The position numbers and the translations under genes were made by a program. A stretch of 62,831 nucleotides of DNA, the filler included, from Vannella sp. (taxonomy: Eukaryota), in the NCBI GenBank assembly GCA_023345925.1. It is 6 parts of 6 records of this genome, joined end to end, with 100 filler letters (N's around TTAATTAATTAA, not from the genome) between each part and the next. Parts side by side here need not be neighbours in the genome. Positions count along the whole stretch, not along the records: positions 47,571 to 55,850 come from JAJQQN010000767.1; positions 55,951 to 62,831 come from JAJQQN010001011.1; 4 more parts are not named here. One strand, written 5' to 3'. Positions 49,017 to 61,900 of this stretch are shown here, piece by piece. The stretch's first letter is position 1. Every line of letters starts with the position of its first letter. Below the pieces are notes generated by a model that had not been told where the DNA came from, did no database searches, and worked only from the letters and a program-made list of their open reading frames with translations.

Positions 49017-51668
49017 ATGGTGAGTCTAACATCTCGGTGCAACCCCTGCACGATCAAGTATGATCAGAATGGGGACTCCTCGAATACCCAACTTACGCTA
49101 TTTTAGCCAAAAGCCTTCACAACCGAACAGATGCGTGAGATCATGGATCACCCCAACAACATCCGTAACATGAGTGTGATCGCACAGTGAGAACAACCCT
49201 TACCCTCCTACTCATTTCTAACATTTTACAGCGTCGACCACGGCAAATCTACCCTCACTGATTCCCTGATCAGCAAGGCTGGTATCATCGGAGCTGCCCA
49301 AGCTGGTGAGGCCCGTTACACCGACACTCGCCAGGACGAACAGGACCGTTGCATTACCATCAAGTCCACTGGTGTCTCCCTCTACTACGAGATGCCCAAG
49401 GACCAGATCCCTGCTGCTGCCACCCACACCGGTTTCTTGATCAACTTGATCGATTCCCCCGGACACGTCGACTTCTCCTCTGAGGTGACTGCCGCCCTCC
49501 GTGTGACTGATGGTGCCCTTGTCGTCGTTGATTGCGTCGAAGGTGTCTGCGTGCAGACCGAGACCGTTCTGCGTCAGGCCCTCGGTGAGCGCATCAAGCC
49601 CGTCGTTATGGTTAACAAGATGGACCGCGCTCTTCTTGAGCTCCAACTCGAGGCTGAGGACACTTACCAGTCCTTCCAGCGAACTATCGAGTCTGTGAAC
49701 GTCGTCATCTCCACCTACAATGACGAGATGCTCGGTGATGTTCAAGTGTTCCCCCATCAAGGAACCGTTGCCTTCGGATCTGGTCTTCACGGCTGGGGAT
49801 TCACTCTCGGTCGCTTTGCTGACATGTACGCTTCCAAGTTCGGTGTTGCCAAGGACAAGCTGATGAAGAAGCTCTGGGGAGACAACTTCTTTGACCCCAC
49901 CAGCAAGAAGTGGACCAAGAAGCCCACCTCTGCCGCTGGCAAGCCCCTCAAGCGTGCTTTCTGCCAATTCGTCATGGACCCCATCAACTTGTTGTTCAAG
50001 TCCATCATGAACGGAGAGACCGCCAAGTACGAGAAGATGATCACCTCCCTTCAAATCAACCTTACTTCCGACGAGCGTGACCTCACCGGAAAGGTTCTCC
50101 TCAAGACCGTCATGCGCAAATTCTTGCCTGCTGCCGACGCCCTTCTTGAAATGATGGTCCTCCACCTTCCTTCCCCTGTTCAGGCTCAGAAGTACCGTGT
50201 GGCCACCTTGTACGAGGGACCCGACGATGATGAGTGCGCCAACGCCATTCGCAACTGCGATCCCAACGGCCCCCTTATGCTGTACATTTCCAAGATGGTT
50301 CCCACCTCCGACAAGGGACGCTTCTACGCTTTCGGACGTGTCTTCTCTGGAACTGTCCGCACTGGACAGAAGGTCCGAATCATGGGCCCCAACTACATCC
50401 CTGGCAAGAAGGACGATCTCGTCATCAAGCCCATCCAACGTACCGTACTCATGATGGGACGAACCACTGAGCCCATTGATGACTGCCCATGCGGTAACAC
50501 CATCGCCCTTGTCGGTATCGATCAATACCTCGTCAAGTCCGGAACTATCACCACTTCTGAGGTTGCCCACAACTTCAAGGTCATGAAGTTCAGCGTCTCC
50601 CCCGTCGTGCGTGTGGCTGTCGAGGCCAAGAACCCCGCCGATCTCCCTAAGTTGGTTGAGGGTCTCCGCCGCCTGGCCAAGTCTGACCCTTGCGTCCAAT
50701 GCATCACCGAAGAGTCTGGTGAGCACATCGTCGCTGGTGCCGGTGAGCTTCACTTGGAAATTTGCTTGAAGGATCTCGAGGAGTTCTGCGGAATCCCTCT
50801 GCACACTTCTGACCCTGTCGTCTCTTACCGTGAGACTGTCAACGCTGAGTCTTCTCAGATTGTCCTCTCCAAGTCTCCCAACAAGCACAACCGCATCTAC
50901 ATGAAGGCTCAACCCCTCCCAGATGGACTCGCTGACGCCATTGAGAAGGGAACCATCTCCGCCCGCGACGACTTCAAGGTCCGTGCCAAGGCTCTTCAAA
51001 CCGACTTCGAGATCGACCAGAACGATGGTCGCCGTATCTGGTGCTTCGGCCCTGAGGATGTCGGACCCAATCTTCTGATGGACGGAACTAAGGGAGTTCA
51101 ATACCTTAACGAAATCAAGGACTCTTGCGCTGCTGCCTTTGCTTGGGTCACCAAGGAGGGTATCCTCGCCGAGGAGAACATGCGTGGCTGCCGATACAAC
51201 ATCCTTGATGTGACTCTTCACGCTGATGCCATTCACCGTGGTGGTAACCAGATCATCCCCACCTGCCGTCGTGCCGTGTACGCCGCTCAACTCACTGCTG
51301 AGCCCCGTCTTTTGGAGCCCGTGTACTTGGTCGAGATTCAGTGCCCCGAGCACGCCATGGGAGGCATCTACGGTGTTCTTAACAGACGACGTGGACACGT
51401 CTTCGCTGAGGAGCAACGCCCCGGAACTCCTCTTTACACCGTCAAGGCTTACCTTCCCGTAAACGAGTCTTTCGGCTTCACTGCTGACTTGCGCTCGCAC
51501 ACTGGAGGACAGGCCTTCCCTCAATGCGTGTTCGACCACTGGCAGACCATGAACGGTGATCCTCTGGAGGCCGGAAGCAAGATCGCCAACATTGTTGCCG
51601 ATATCCGAAAGCGAAAGGGTCTCAAGGAGGAGATCCCCGCTTTGGACAACTACTTGGATCGTCTTTAA
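49017..51668 (+). CDS. EEF2: Translation elongation factor 2, introns 49020-49106 and 49187-49231
   Basis: [45 protein letters not shown], diphthamide loop HADAIHRG, strong codon bias. Confidence 0.98.
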
Positions 51669-51730
51669 GCTTCTGCTGGACAACCTTCCCCTTCCTGTAT
51701 TACGTGCGATAAAACCAGCTCTACCTTCTT

Positions 51731-53347
51731 TTACTCTTCTTTTACCACAAAACGAGCAAGTGGAGAGTCTTCAAACGCGAAGGCAACGTCGTCTTCGTCC
51801 ACCGACAGAGAAGAGTTCTTCTCGTGCACCAAACCACTCTCACGGAGTTGCCCAAGAAGTGTGGGGATGTCTGCCTGTCGTAGGGTCTTTGCAAAAGAGA
51901 TCTTTCCGCACGCCCTGAGGATCTTCCCATCCGTTTAGCCGACGCAGACCGCCACCACACAACGTTGGTCCTCACCTGAACCACTGAGGGCTTCCCGATG
52001 CCTTCCAAGGCCAACATTGTCAGCGCGCAGAGAAGGTACCTGGAAGAGGTCAGTCGGAAGCATCTTTTCACTGGTTCTCCCTACTTCTGCTGTTGTGGCA
52101 AGCCCTGGATGACCTGAACCATTGGACTTGCTGGTCGGCACGCTCTATTCACTGCAGCGATGCCAACCCTCTTCAAGGCAGGAAGAGAGCCCTTCCCTTT
52201 GGTGCGCTCGGAGGCTGAGGTCTCCTCGTACTGATCTTGGACAATCTGAACAGCGTTCCTACCCCAGAAGTGGTCAACAAACATGCAGTTAGACTGCAAA
52301 GGGATCACCTCATGATGTCCAGAGCGCCTCGGACATCAGCCGACTGCGAGGAGATCTTTCCCGCACAAAAGTCGATCGCATCCGCTTCTATCACGTCCGA
52401 AACGTCCCCCAAACGAGAGAGTATGATGGAAGAGATCTGCTTGGCAGAGTACGGAGCAAAGTGGAGCGTTTCAGGCTCGCAATGGCTGTTCAGGAGGCGC
52501 GGGAGGATGCGATCGGTCATATCAAGTGCGTTAGCGATCGCCAGTAAGATCAATGGCGAGTTTGATAGAGCAGAGAGCTCAAACAGGGAGTAAAGGACGT
52601 GGTTATCGGGTGTACGAAGTCGATCAATCTCATCCGCCACAAGAACAACCATCGCTTCCCTTTCCTCGACCACTTCCGCCTTCTTTGAGGCTCTCTGCGA
52701 TCTCCCACGTCCTTTCAGTGTCTGAGGAGCCGCCGTGCTTGTACTTGGCGATCGAGTGAGGAACTTCCGGAGAGCTTGCTCGTAGTTCACTCGTTTCGAG
52801 GTTCCTGTGATCTTTAAGGCCTCACAAAGATGCTTGAAGAGAGTTTCAGGGGTCTGGAGTTGCATACAGTTGATGTAGAGGACTTGAGAAGCCACCATTC
52901 CCTTCTCAGAGGGTCAGAAACAGAGAAACGGGCTCCTTCCTCTGCTTCTGTACCTTTTCCTGTTCCACTTGCACAAAGTGGGTATGAAGCTCTCGAAGGA
53001 GAGCAGTCTTGCCACAACCAGGAGCACCGCTGATGTACATGCTGGCTCCTTTCCGAGTCTCCAAAGCGGTCTAACCGAGTAATCAGACCACCGCGGACTC
53101 TCACTCTCCTCCTACCTGCCAGAAGGCTCGAACAGACTCTCTTTCCTTCTCTCTGCCTGTAAGATGATCTGCGTCACTTCGAAGGCGAGCCTTTGCTCGT
53201 TTGTACAGCTTTAACGGCTCCTCAGAGAGCTTCTTCACCTCTGTGCACTCTTCCACCTTGCTAGTACTTTCAAGCACTTCACGTTTCATCTTTGGCGGAG
53301 GCAAAGGCCTCTCCAGAGAAGCTTCTCTTGCGGTCCGCTTCGGCATC
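51731..53347 (-). CDS. CDC6: Replication initiator CDC6 (AAA+ plus winged helix), 5 introns
   Basis: LTGREKE, MYISGAPGCGKT, YINCM, VADEIDRL, IANALDMTDRILPRL, FAPYS and DVRGALDI. Confidence 0.9.
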
Positions 53348-53355
53348 CTAAAAAT

Positions 53356-53365
53356 GGCGGGAAAA
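53356..53365 (-). promoter_or_regulatory. E2F consensus site upstream of CDC6
   Basis: TTTTCCCGCC on the coding strand, about 10 bp before the ATG. Confidence 0.6.
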
Positions 53366-53461
53366 CACTTTTTTGGTCTAAACAGGACCTCTTTCGTCTT
53401 TAACATCTTAACAATGGCGCGCATACCACGGAATGCGACTTGGAATGCCCCATACTGGGGG

Positions 53462-55735
53462 CTAATGGGAGTCTTGGATGGTAAACTGTGAGAAAGGCGT
53501 TCTCTTGCGTTCTTCGAAGAGTTGGAGGATGCGAGTTGTGTGAGTCACTTCAGCACCCACTTGACAGTCTGGTTGGCTGTCTCGCCGAGGGGAGAGAACG
53601 TCAGTCTCTCCAAAAGTGGAGCTTTTCTGGTCGGATTTGATTTGCTCTTTGGGAGATTGGTAAGTGGGGTTCGCCAAAGTGCCCACTGTCGTGCTTATTC
53701 CGTAAACTGTTCCGGTGGCCAGCCCACTGGCAAAGCTGAAAAGACCCTTTCCCATTCCACTGACTTTCCCAGTGACACCTTGTCCGTCTGCCACTTGGTT
53801 GATAGCTTGGGCGAGACCGTTTCCAATGTTTGTGGTGAGAGTTGTCCCCCCATCGGCTAAGGCGTTGGCTGTTCCACCCCAAGAGCCTTTGGTGCGCAGC
53901 GACGTCCAATCGCGGATTTTGTGTTGCCTTTGGAGATGGCTATCAAAGCCTTCCTGAGTGGAATGGATAATGCTGTTGCAGTCCTGGCAAAGCTTCATGC
54001 CGCAGTTTTCGCAGAACACTTCAGCCACCAATTGCGTGCACACTTGGCAAGTCATCTTTTGAATGGGAAGGAAGGACTTGAGTAGGTCAACCCCTCTCTC
54101 AATTCCATTCTCTTTGTTGAGACCGATTCCACATTGACGCGCTGCCTCCTTGACCTCATCTTTGAGGGCAAATTGAATGGCTGATGAAAGCTTCTCGGCC
54201 GTCATCTCATCGTGGATAACAGGTTCTGGTCCGAGTCCCATTCGGGCAACAGTGCTTCCCCAGAAGAACTGATCTCCGAAGAAAGGAACGATTACAGTGG
54301 GTCGTCCCGCACGCAGGCCAGTTGCTGTGGTGCCTGCTCCGCCATGATGGACCACTGCTGAGCACCTTTCAAAGAGCCAATCGTGAGGAGCGTTACCGAG
54401 CAAGAGGACGTTATCCGGCAAGTTCTTCGGTGTCATCCCTGCCCAACCTTGTTGTACAATAGCGCGACACCCAGCCATCTCAATAGCATTCATAACAATC
54501 TCTGTCAGCGCATCAGGGTCAGCCACAACAATACTCCCGAATCCAATGAATACTGGCGGCTCGCCAGCGTCTAAGAAAGCTACTAATTCCTCGGGCGGCT
54601 CCCAGTTATTCGGGGCATCAAGGAAGAAGAAGCCAGCCACCCCAATATGATCTCCCCAGTCCTTGGGTTTGGGAAGGAGCTGCTCACTAAAGCAGTAAAT
54701 GTACGGAACCTTGAAATCGAACAGCATTCGGTGCCCAGAGAATTTCAAAGTCCGAATGGGAGACAGCCCCAGCTCACTTTCTCGCCATCTGTTGATAATG
54801 TTTCGAATGCCAGACCAAATGGCCAGGTCCAGGACGAAGTAGGAGAGGTAGTTAAGCCTCTTTCCTTCCACACGGACGAAAGGAGAGCAGAACTCACTCG
54901 TGGCAGTCCATGGCATAGTGAATGTCATTACAAGAGGGATAGAGAGCTTCTCAGCGATATGAATCCCCACAAAGGACGGTGGATTGGCCATTATCAAGTC
55001 TGCTCTGAACGGGATTCCGTCCATAGAGTGGTTACAAGCCTCCCACGAGGTTGTACAGAGGTTAGCGATCCAGTTACGATGACTTGTGACCTTATTCGTG
55101 AACCCTTGAAGGCTATTGAGCTGATTCTCGACCATAAACTCCATCAACTCAGCCGGGTCACCAGCGATGGGGTAGAATTCCACGTTGTAGCGTTGAACGA
55201 ACTCACAGTGATGTTGATGGGTGGCTATACGGACGTGGTGACCCATCTCTTTGAGTTTAAGAGCGAAGCCAAGGTAAGGCTGGACATCTCCGCGGGAGCC
55301 CACCAGAATGATGACCACCCGCAGCTTGGGCATGGGCAGACGCTTTGAATCATCACTTAGATAAGGGAATACGTCATCCCCAAGCGGTGGCTCGAGCTGG
55401 CCATCAAAGAGGTCTCGAGAGAAGTCCGATACGGAGAGGAGACCAGAAGGCATCTCCTCGCCAGTGGGAAAGAGGTTCCCGTCCTTGCCTCGAACAAGAA
55501 AGTTCGATTCGCGTATCGAGATGTGAGCAAAGCACCGCGGGCAAACAGTTTGGCGCATCTTGACACCCAAATAAGGCAGTAGAAGGGGCGGATGCGAGTT
55601 CACACAGCTGATACAGACCAGGTCTTTACACCGAGAGCACCTACGCTTCTTATTTGTGGCAGAGAAGGCGCCACTGCACGCACTGCAAGGTGATTTCTCC
55701 TCCCCTGCCGAGAACGACCAAAAAGACCGGCTCAT
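53462..55735 (-). CDS. Sterol 3-beta-glucosyltransferase (UGT80/Atg26-like) with N-terminal FYVE-like finger and C-terminal B-box
   Basis: GSRGDVQPY, HHVRIATH, PKPKDWG, IGFGSI, PHDWLF, HHGGAGTTA and PFFGDQFFWG motifs, with flanking Cys/His fingers. Confidence 0.92.
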   Translation of the reverse strand: MSRSFWSFSAGEEKSPCSACSGAFSATNKKRRCSRCKDLVCISCVNSHPPLLLPYLGVKMRQTVCPRCFAHISIRESNFLVRGKDGNLFPTGEEMPSGLLSVSDFSRDLFDGQLEPPLGDDVFPYLSDDSKRLPMPKLRVVIILVGSRGDVQPYLGFALKLKEMGHHVRIATHQHHCEFVQRYNVEFYPIAGDPAELMEFMVENQLNSLQGFTNKVTSHRNWIANLCTTSWEACNHSMDGIPFRADLIMANPPSFVGIHIAEKLSIPLVMTFTMPWTATSEFCSPFVRVEGKRLNYLSYFVLDLAIWSGIRNIINRWRESELGLSPIRTLKFSGHRMLFDFKVPYIYCFSEQLLPKPKDWGDHIGVAGFFFLDAPNNWEPPEELVAFLDAGEPPVFIGFGSIVVADPDALTEIVMNAIEMAGCRAIVQQGWAGMTPKNLPDNVLLLGNAPHDWLFERCSAVVHHGGAGTTATGLRAGRPTVIVPFFGDQFFWGSTVARMGLGPEPVIHDEMTAEKLSSAIQFALKDEVKEAARQCGIGLNKENGIERGVDLLKSFLPIQKMTCQVCTQLVAEVFCENCGMKLCQDCNSIIHSTQEGFDSHLQRQHKIRDWTSLRTKGSWGGTANALADGGTTLTTNIGNGLAQAINQVADGQGVTGKVSGMGKGLFSFASGLATGTVYGISTTVGTLANPTYQSPKEQIKSDQKSSTFGETDVLSPRRDSQPDCQVGAEVTHTTRILQLFEERKRTPFSQFTIQDSH

Positions 55736-55850
55736 CCCTCACCTTCTTCCCAAATAATAAAGAAAAGCAGACATTTCTCATTCAGAACCTTAGAAACCAA
55801 AGTCTCTGGTTTCGAACGAGTGTTGATTGGTCCAAAATGGACCAATCAGG

Positions 55851-55950
55851 NNNNNNNNNNNNNNNNNNNNNNNNNNNNNNNNNNNNNNNNNNNNTTAATT
55901 AATTAANNNNNNNNNNNNNNNNNNNNNNNNNNNNNNNNNNNNNNNNNNNN
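55851..55950. other. Artificial contig-joining linker
   Basis: N-TTAATTAATTAA-N. Confidence 0.98.
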
Positions 55951-55962
55951 TGGAAAAGTCTC

Positions 55963-58900
55963 TTAATCTTCCATTTTGTCGTCCTCGGCGTCTTCGTGGT
56001 CCGGCAACTTGGTGACAGTGAAGGGGAGGTCATACTCTTGGTCACAGCCTACGTAGGAGTCACAGACAATCATGAGAGTGTACTGGAAGTCTCCCAAGTT
56101 GGCGGGAGCGTTGAAAGTAATCGTTGCACCGGCTTGGCGTTGTACGGTAGTGCGTTTGACGGCGACCAAATGGTCCGCTTTAGAGTCACCAACGATAATC
56201 CACCATTGCTCTAGTTGAGAGCCGGGATAGTGAGGAGCAAAGACAAACCCTAATTCTTCATCTTCGTCAATCTCTCGTTGAAGAATCACTCGCACAGAGA
56301 CAGGCTCGCCGGCAACAATGTCTTCCGTGAGTATTTGGAACTCAACTTCGAGGTCAGGGAACCGATTGCATGCTTCAGCCACCTTCATCATCTGTTTGGG
56401 TGTCAATCGAAGCAATTCGTCTCGTTGGTCGTCCTCCAAGTCAGTAATGTGCTCGATTCGATTGACGTTGGCACCAACACAGCGTTCGATCACCTCATCA
56501 GTGAAGAAGGGAAGTTGCTTGAGAGGGGAATCAGTTACCCAGACACCTTGCACGATCATTTGAGCAAGTTCCATCGCACAGAGCGCTGATTTGAGTCCAC
56601 CAAACGTCGTGAGGACGTCTACCATCCCGTAAATCAGCTTTAGAATCTGTTTGAGAACCTCCTTTTGATCCAACCGGAGGTCAGGCTTCAGTACAACACG
56701 CGAAAAGTGTGCTTGAAGTAGAATATTGACCTTAACAGAAGGTTCGTTGAAGCGGGGAGACTCAATCTTCACAGGAAGATGACCAGCCAGTCGATTAAGG
56801 ATTCCAGGCTCCTTATGGCGCACAGGGATATCACTAAACTCCTTCGCATTCGAGAGAATGTCAATCAACCCCTTCAGCTTTGTGCTCTCGCTCAAGGAAG
56901 AAGTAAACAGCTCAATAGTGTCGTACTTGATAAAGTAATGGGCCGAGATCAATCCTGGGTTAAGCAGCTCCACAGAAACCCCGCCTTCATCAGCGTCCTC
57001 CTCTTCTTGAGTCAAAACGCATCCGGCTTCTTCCAGCTGGCTGAAAGTAGTCTCAACAAGCTCAGAGAGATGGTCACTGATATGGCGATGGCTGACCCCT
57101 TGGAGATTGTAGTAGTTAGGATTCTCTGTCAATCTGCGGTAGAGGAGAGTCCAAGTGAGGAAGTCAATAGCATCCTGGTTGTCTTTGACGGTTGTAGAGA
57201 AGATCTCTGTGTTAAGATGGTCTGCCAAGAAGATGTCCAAATGACTTTCCACAGGCAGAGCTTCAAAGAGGAACTTCTTGTAGAACTCCTTGCGGGCGGA
57301 GTGGCACATAAAATAGCACTTGCTGGCACGGTCCAAGAGAGGTCGATTTGCTCGTCCAATCATTTGGAGGACATCGGCAATGGGATAGTCAACGTATCGG
57401 TGTTCCTTACCGTCATAGTACTCTGCTCCCATGACGATCACCATCATGCTAGTAAGGCTCATTCCCCAGCACATAGAGCGAGTTGCAATGAGGACTTGGA
57501 TTGCTCCAGCCTCAAAGAGGCGCTCAACAACTCCCTTCTCTGCCTCTGTCAGATGCTCATGGTAGATGGCAATGCCAAAGAAGAGGAGTTCTCGCAAGAA
57601 CCGGTTGGTCACAGACTGGACATGCGAGGCCAGATCCTCAGCAGTGCAGTGAAGGAATCGCTGAGGGGAGTCGGAAGCCTCTCTAGAAATGCGAATGTCG
57701 TTGGCAATGCGAAGTGCCTGCTCACGAGAAGGTGTGAAGAGTATGACAGGCTTCTCTCCAGCGTGGTGGGTGAGTGCATTCACAACAGGCTTGCTCATAG
57801 ACAGCATGCGGTACTCAAAGTGAGTGTCATCGAACCCCTTCATGTGGATCTCCACCGGGACAGGTCGAGTGTGGGGCGGGAAATTAAACGCACTCTTTGC
57901 ACTGGCTCCCAACCACTCGGCAAGTCCCCGTGCATTAGCTACGGAAGTAGAGAGACCAACAAGTCGGATGGGCTGCTCAATTGTATGCGCCATGCGAGCC
58001 ATCCGTGATGTAATGACCTCAATAGTGTGGCCGTGGTGTCCACTAATCAAGTGCATTTCGTCCACAATGAAGAGACCAACGTTACGGACGTATTTCCTCT
58101 TTGTCCAGCGGCGTCCCAGCATGTCCCATTGCTCTGGGGTGCAAATAACAAGGTCTGCTTGAGCCTGCAGCTTGATATCGACATTGAGCTCCCCGGTCAA
58201 TGCTGCTACGTTCACGCCAATGCTTGAGAACTTCTCACTCCAGTCTAGGAAGCGCTCCTGAGCTAAACTCTCCAACGGGGCGATGTAGACCATCTTCGGG
58301 TGTTCTTCACCCTCCTGACGATCCAAAAGGCACTTGAAAATGGCCAACTCTGCGCAAACAGTCTTTCCACTGCCTGTAGGAGCAGCAAGGAAGGTACTCT
58401 CCGCCGTATGGAAGAAGCAATTGAAGACTTGTGTCTGAATAGCGTTAAAGTGAGTGAACCGACCCTCATAGAAGCTCTCTAGCTTGCTGTTCTTCAGAGA
58501 AGAAATGGGAAGTGGCTGCAAGTCAAGAAGCTCTGTGTGAGGAGCATACTTGGCTGGGAGAATCAGATGCCGGAAACTGACTGGCAGGACTGCATCAGGG
58601 CCAATCCAAGTATCTGAAACCACCTTGATAAAGTACTGTGGTGGCAGCGGGTCAAAAAGTGGCACAGTGAAGCTCAGATAGTGCTCATCGGAGGCAAACT
58701 TGGCCTTAAGAAGGAAATACTCATGATGCAACAGTTGTTCTCCGTTCACGTCCTCCACAAACACCCAAAAGCCTTGCGAACGGCCGTGTACGTCCTCATT
58801 CCAGTTGAAGTCTGGCAGAATCGTCAAGTCAATCTTCAGCATCGAAGGGGTGATTGGCTGGACTTGAGCACGAAGTTCTAAACGTGGGTATTCGTGCACC

Positions 58901-61900
58901 TTGCGGAAGATGGCCTTGCCCATCTCCTTACTGTGAATCAGTTCGGAGAGCTCCTGAGTATTCAGGTCGTACAGCCTCTCGAAAGGAATGTTGGTTCCTT
59001 CTACACGGGTAATGATGGTGGCAGATACGTCTGGGAACTGCCGGAGCGGGGTTTGAGAAGCCCACATTCTCCGGGAGATCATTTTACAGAGGAGCAACAC
59101 CCTTTCTGCGAGCTGAGCCCATCCCCGTTGCAATACAATGCCGTAGAGCGCTCGCATGATGCGTCCTGCACTCTGAGTGATGTAGACCATGTCAGCTGCC
59201 ATAGCAAAGCCATCAAGTGCCAAGCGAGAGATATAAGCTTGCAGAAGCACGTTAATCTTGGACTGAGGTTCGTCAACGCCCTCCTTGACGGGAATCGGAA
59301 CGATTTCAAGGAGCTTCTCAAGCTCAATACGCTCCTCTTGGCGCACAGTAATGAACTTGAACTCCTCAGACAGCGAGAACAGTCGGAAGAGGTCAATGTC
59401 ACTTGTGGCAGGCTTCAAATGCTCATTGTAGGTGGCAATTGACGTGTAACGGATGTAGAAGTGACTTGCCACTCGCCCAAGGTTAGTGACTTGGAACTCA
59501 CCCGTCGCTCGGTCGTATTTGATCAAGCTGTGCTTGTCCAAAAGGGTCGCTGCTGTGTGGACGATATCTAACCGTCGCTGCATTAGCTCTGGGTCTTCTT
59601 CATACTCATCGAAGGAGACGCCATAAAGAGTGGGGCTTCGCAACATGCAAATGTAAAGATAAGTGTACCCCAACCATTCGGCAGCCTCGGTTAGGTTCTG
59701 AATGGTTCCCATCACAATCTCTGCGTTCATATTGTCCACCACTCGCTTAATGAATTGACTCTCGATGGGCAGTTGTGCGTTCATCAAAGAGAGATAGAAC
59801 TGCAACTCTGACCCACTGGTAATAAGGATGCCCTCTCCCTTATCATCGAAAGCAGGGCGCCCCGCACGACCGAGCATTTGCATGACATCCATCGAGCTGA
59901 GTTCCATCCAAGCTCCCTTCTCTGGGTTGTAAACCTCCGTGCCCTTGATGATAACAGCACGCGCTGGAAGATTAACACCCCACGCCAGTGTGGCCGTAGA
60001 AACGAGGACTTGCACGTAGCGTTCCTTAAACAAGTCCTCCACAATACCTCTGTCATAGCGAGTCATTCCGGCGTGATGGATGGCAATACCATAGGGCAGA
60101 AGGTTCTTCAAGTCAGCATTTGAAGTAGCAGAGTTCTCCGCTTCTGTCTGGAGAATGCGGCGGCCCGTTTCTTTCAGGTTCTGCAAGAACTTGCCAATGT
60201 CCTCTCTCTCCAAGGCAGTGTCGCGGATCATCTTAGCGGTCTTGATAGTGTCCTTGCGTGAGTGCACGAAGATTAGGACCTGATGCTGCCCAGCATAGTC
60301 CATGACCTTCTCGTAAGTGAGCTCGTTCATCAGCTGATACCGTTTGAGAGGCTTCTTGTGCGTGATTCCAATAAATTGCTGCTCCAAAGGCACAGCACGG
60401 TAGCTGTTGTCAAAGGCAAATACGTTCTCTGCCTTGACACGGCAGAAAGTAGCCACATCCTCATAGTTAGGCAAAGTAGCACTCAATCCAACAATGCGAA
60501 CCATTTCCTGTGTCGCCTCAACCTGGCGGATGATGCGAGCAATGATAGACTCTAAAACGGCCCCTCGTTCATCATGGAGCAAGTGAATCTCATCCACAAT
60601 CATCAAACGGACGAGTTGCGTGAAAGTGCGGTCACCAGACTTGCGGGTGACGATATCCCACTTCTCTGGAGTTGTGAAAATGACTTGGGTCTCAGCAATC
60701 TGAGCCTTTGTCAGGTTGATGTCACCTGAAAGCTCCCTCACAGTCATTCCATAGTGGCGAAGGCGGGAGGCAAATTCTCCGACTTGTTCACGGACGAGAG
60801 ACTTCATTGGGGCAATGTAGACTATCTTGAAGCTTTCCAAATCAATCTCTCCGTTGCTTAGCCGATGCAGGCCAATCTCATGGAGCATGGTAAGAAGAGC
60901 GCAGTTGGTTTTACCAGAACCGGTTGGCGCGCACACTAAGAGGTTGTCTGGTCCGTAGAACGCCGCTTTGAAGATCTTACTTTGGACACGATTGAGGTTC
61001 TGTACTGGTGTGACTCCTCCTTGGAAAGGGGGCTGAGCCCATTCAGGAAGAGAGGAAATAGAGACTAGCGAGCCCGGGGCGGCTTTGCCAGGGATGAGAG
61101 AAGGGATGAAGACCTCATCATAACCCTTTTTCTGTTGGCGCACAGAGTTTTCGGGCAGCTCACACACTTTGTTGCTCATAAAGTGACCAGCTTGCTGGAA
61201 CTGGACCGATTCCAAGTCTACAATGCGTCTGCTCATCACATTCACCTCGGGTTCAACCTGCATCTCTTCTTCCTCCATCTTGCGGAGAGCCTTCAGCTCC
61301 TTTTGACGGTTCCGCTTCATCTGAGAGGCTCTTTGGGTCAGTTGGTCCTTGCTGCTCTTGCCGTCGAGCACGTTCAGGATCGATAGAAGAGAGGAATCGG
61401 CTTCCATCTCACTACGGATACTGTCACGCTCCGCGTCTGTTTGAGCCTGCTTCAGGAGAGTACAATAAACGACCTTCTTGCGGTTCTGCAACAGCTTCTT
61501 GACGAAATCAAAGTGTTCGTACCCTAACAGCTCGACCAGACGGTTCTCACAGTCGATAAGACCCTTGTCCTCGCGGAGGACGATCAAGATCTCTTGAGAA
61601 ACTGCTTGAGCCTTGAGCTTGTCCTCCTCAAACTGGGAGACTTGCCGTTGGATCCAAAAAGCGTCAATCGTCCGCGCGTCCAAGGCGCCTTCCTCCTCAT
61701 CCAGGTCCATATCATCATCCAAACCAGCGCCTTGAAGGACTGAGGTCTGAGCCTCTGCAGCGTTGTCATCCTCCTCGTCACTTTCCTCTCTGATCACGAA
61801 CTCAGCGTCTTCGCCAGAGCCTTCCTCGTCAAAGACAAGGGCGATGTCTGTCCCTTCCTCGTCTACAGCTGCTTCGTCCTCCTCGATGTAGTCTGTGATC

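Noticed and set aside
49218..51683. 821-aa antisense ORF over eEF2
   Set aside because: Expected from strong codon bias in a highly expressed gene. No motifs.
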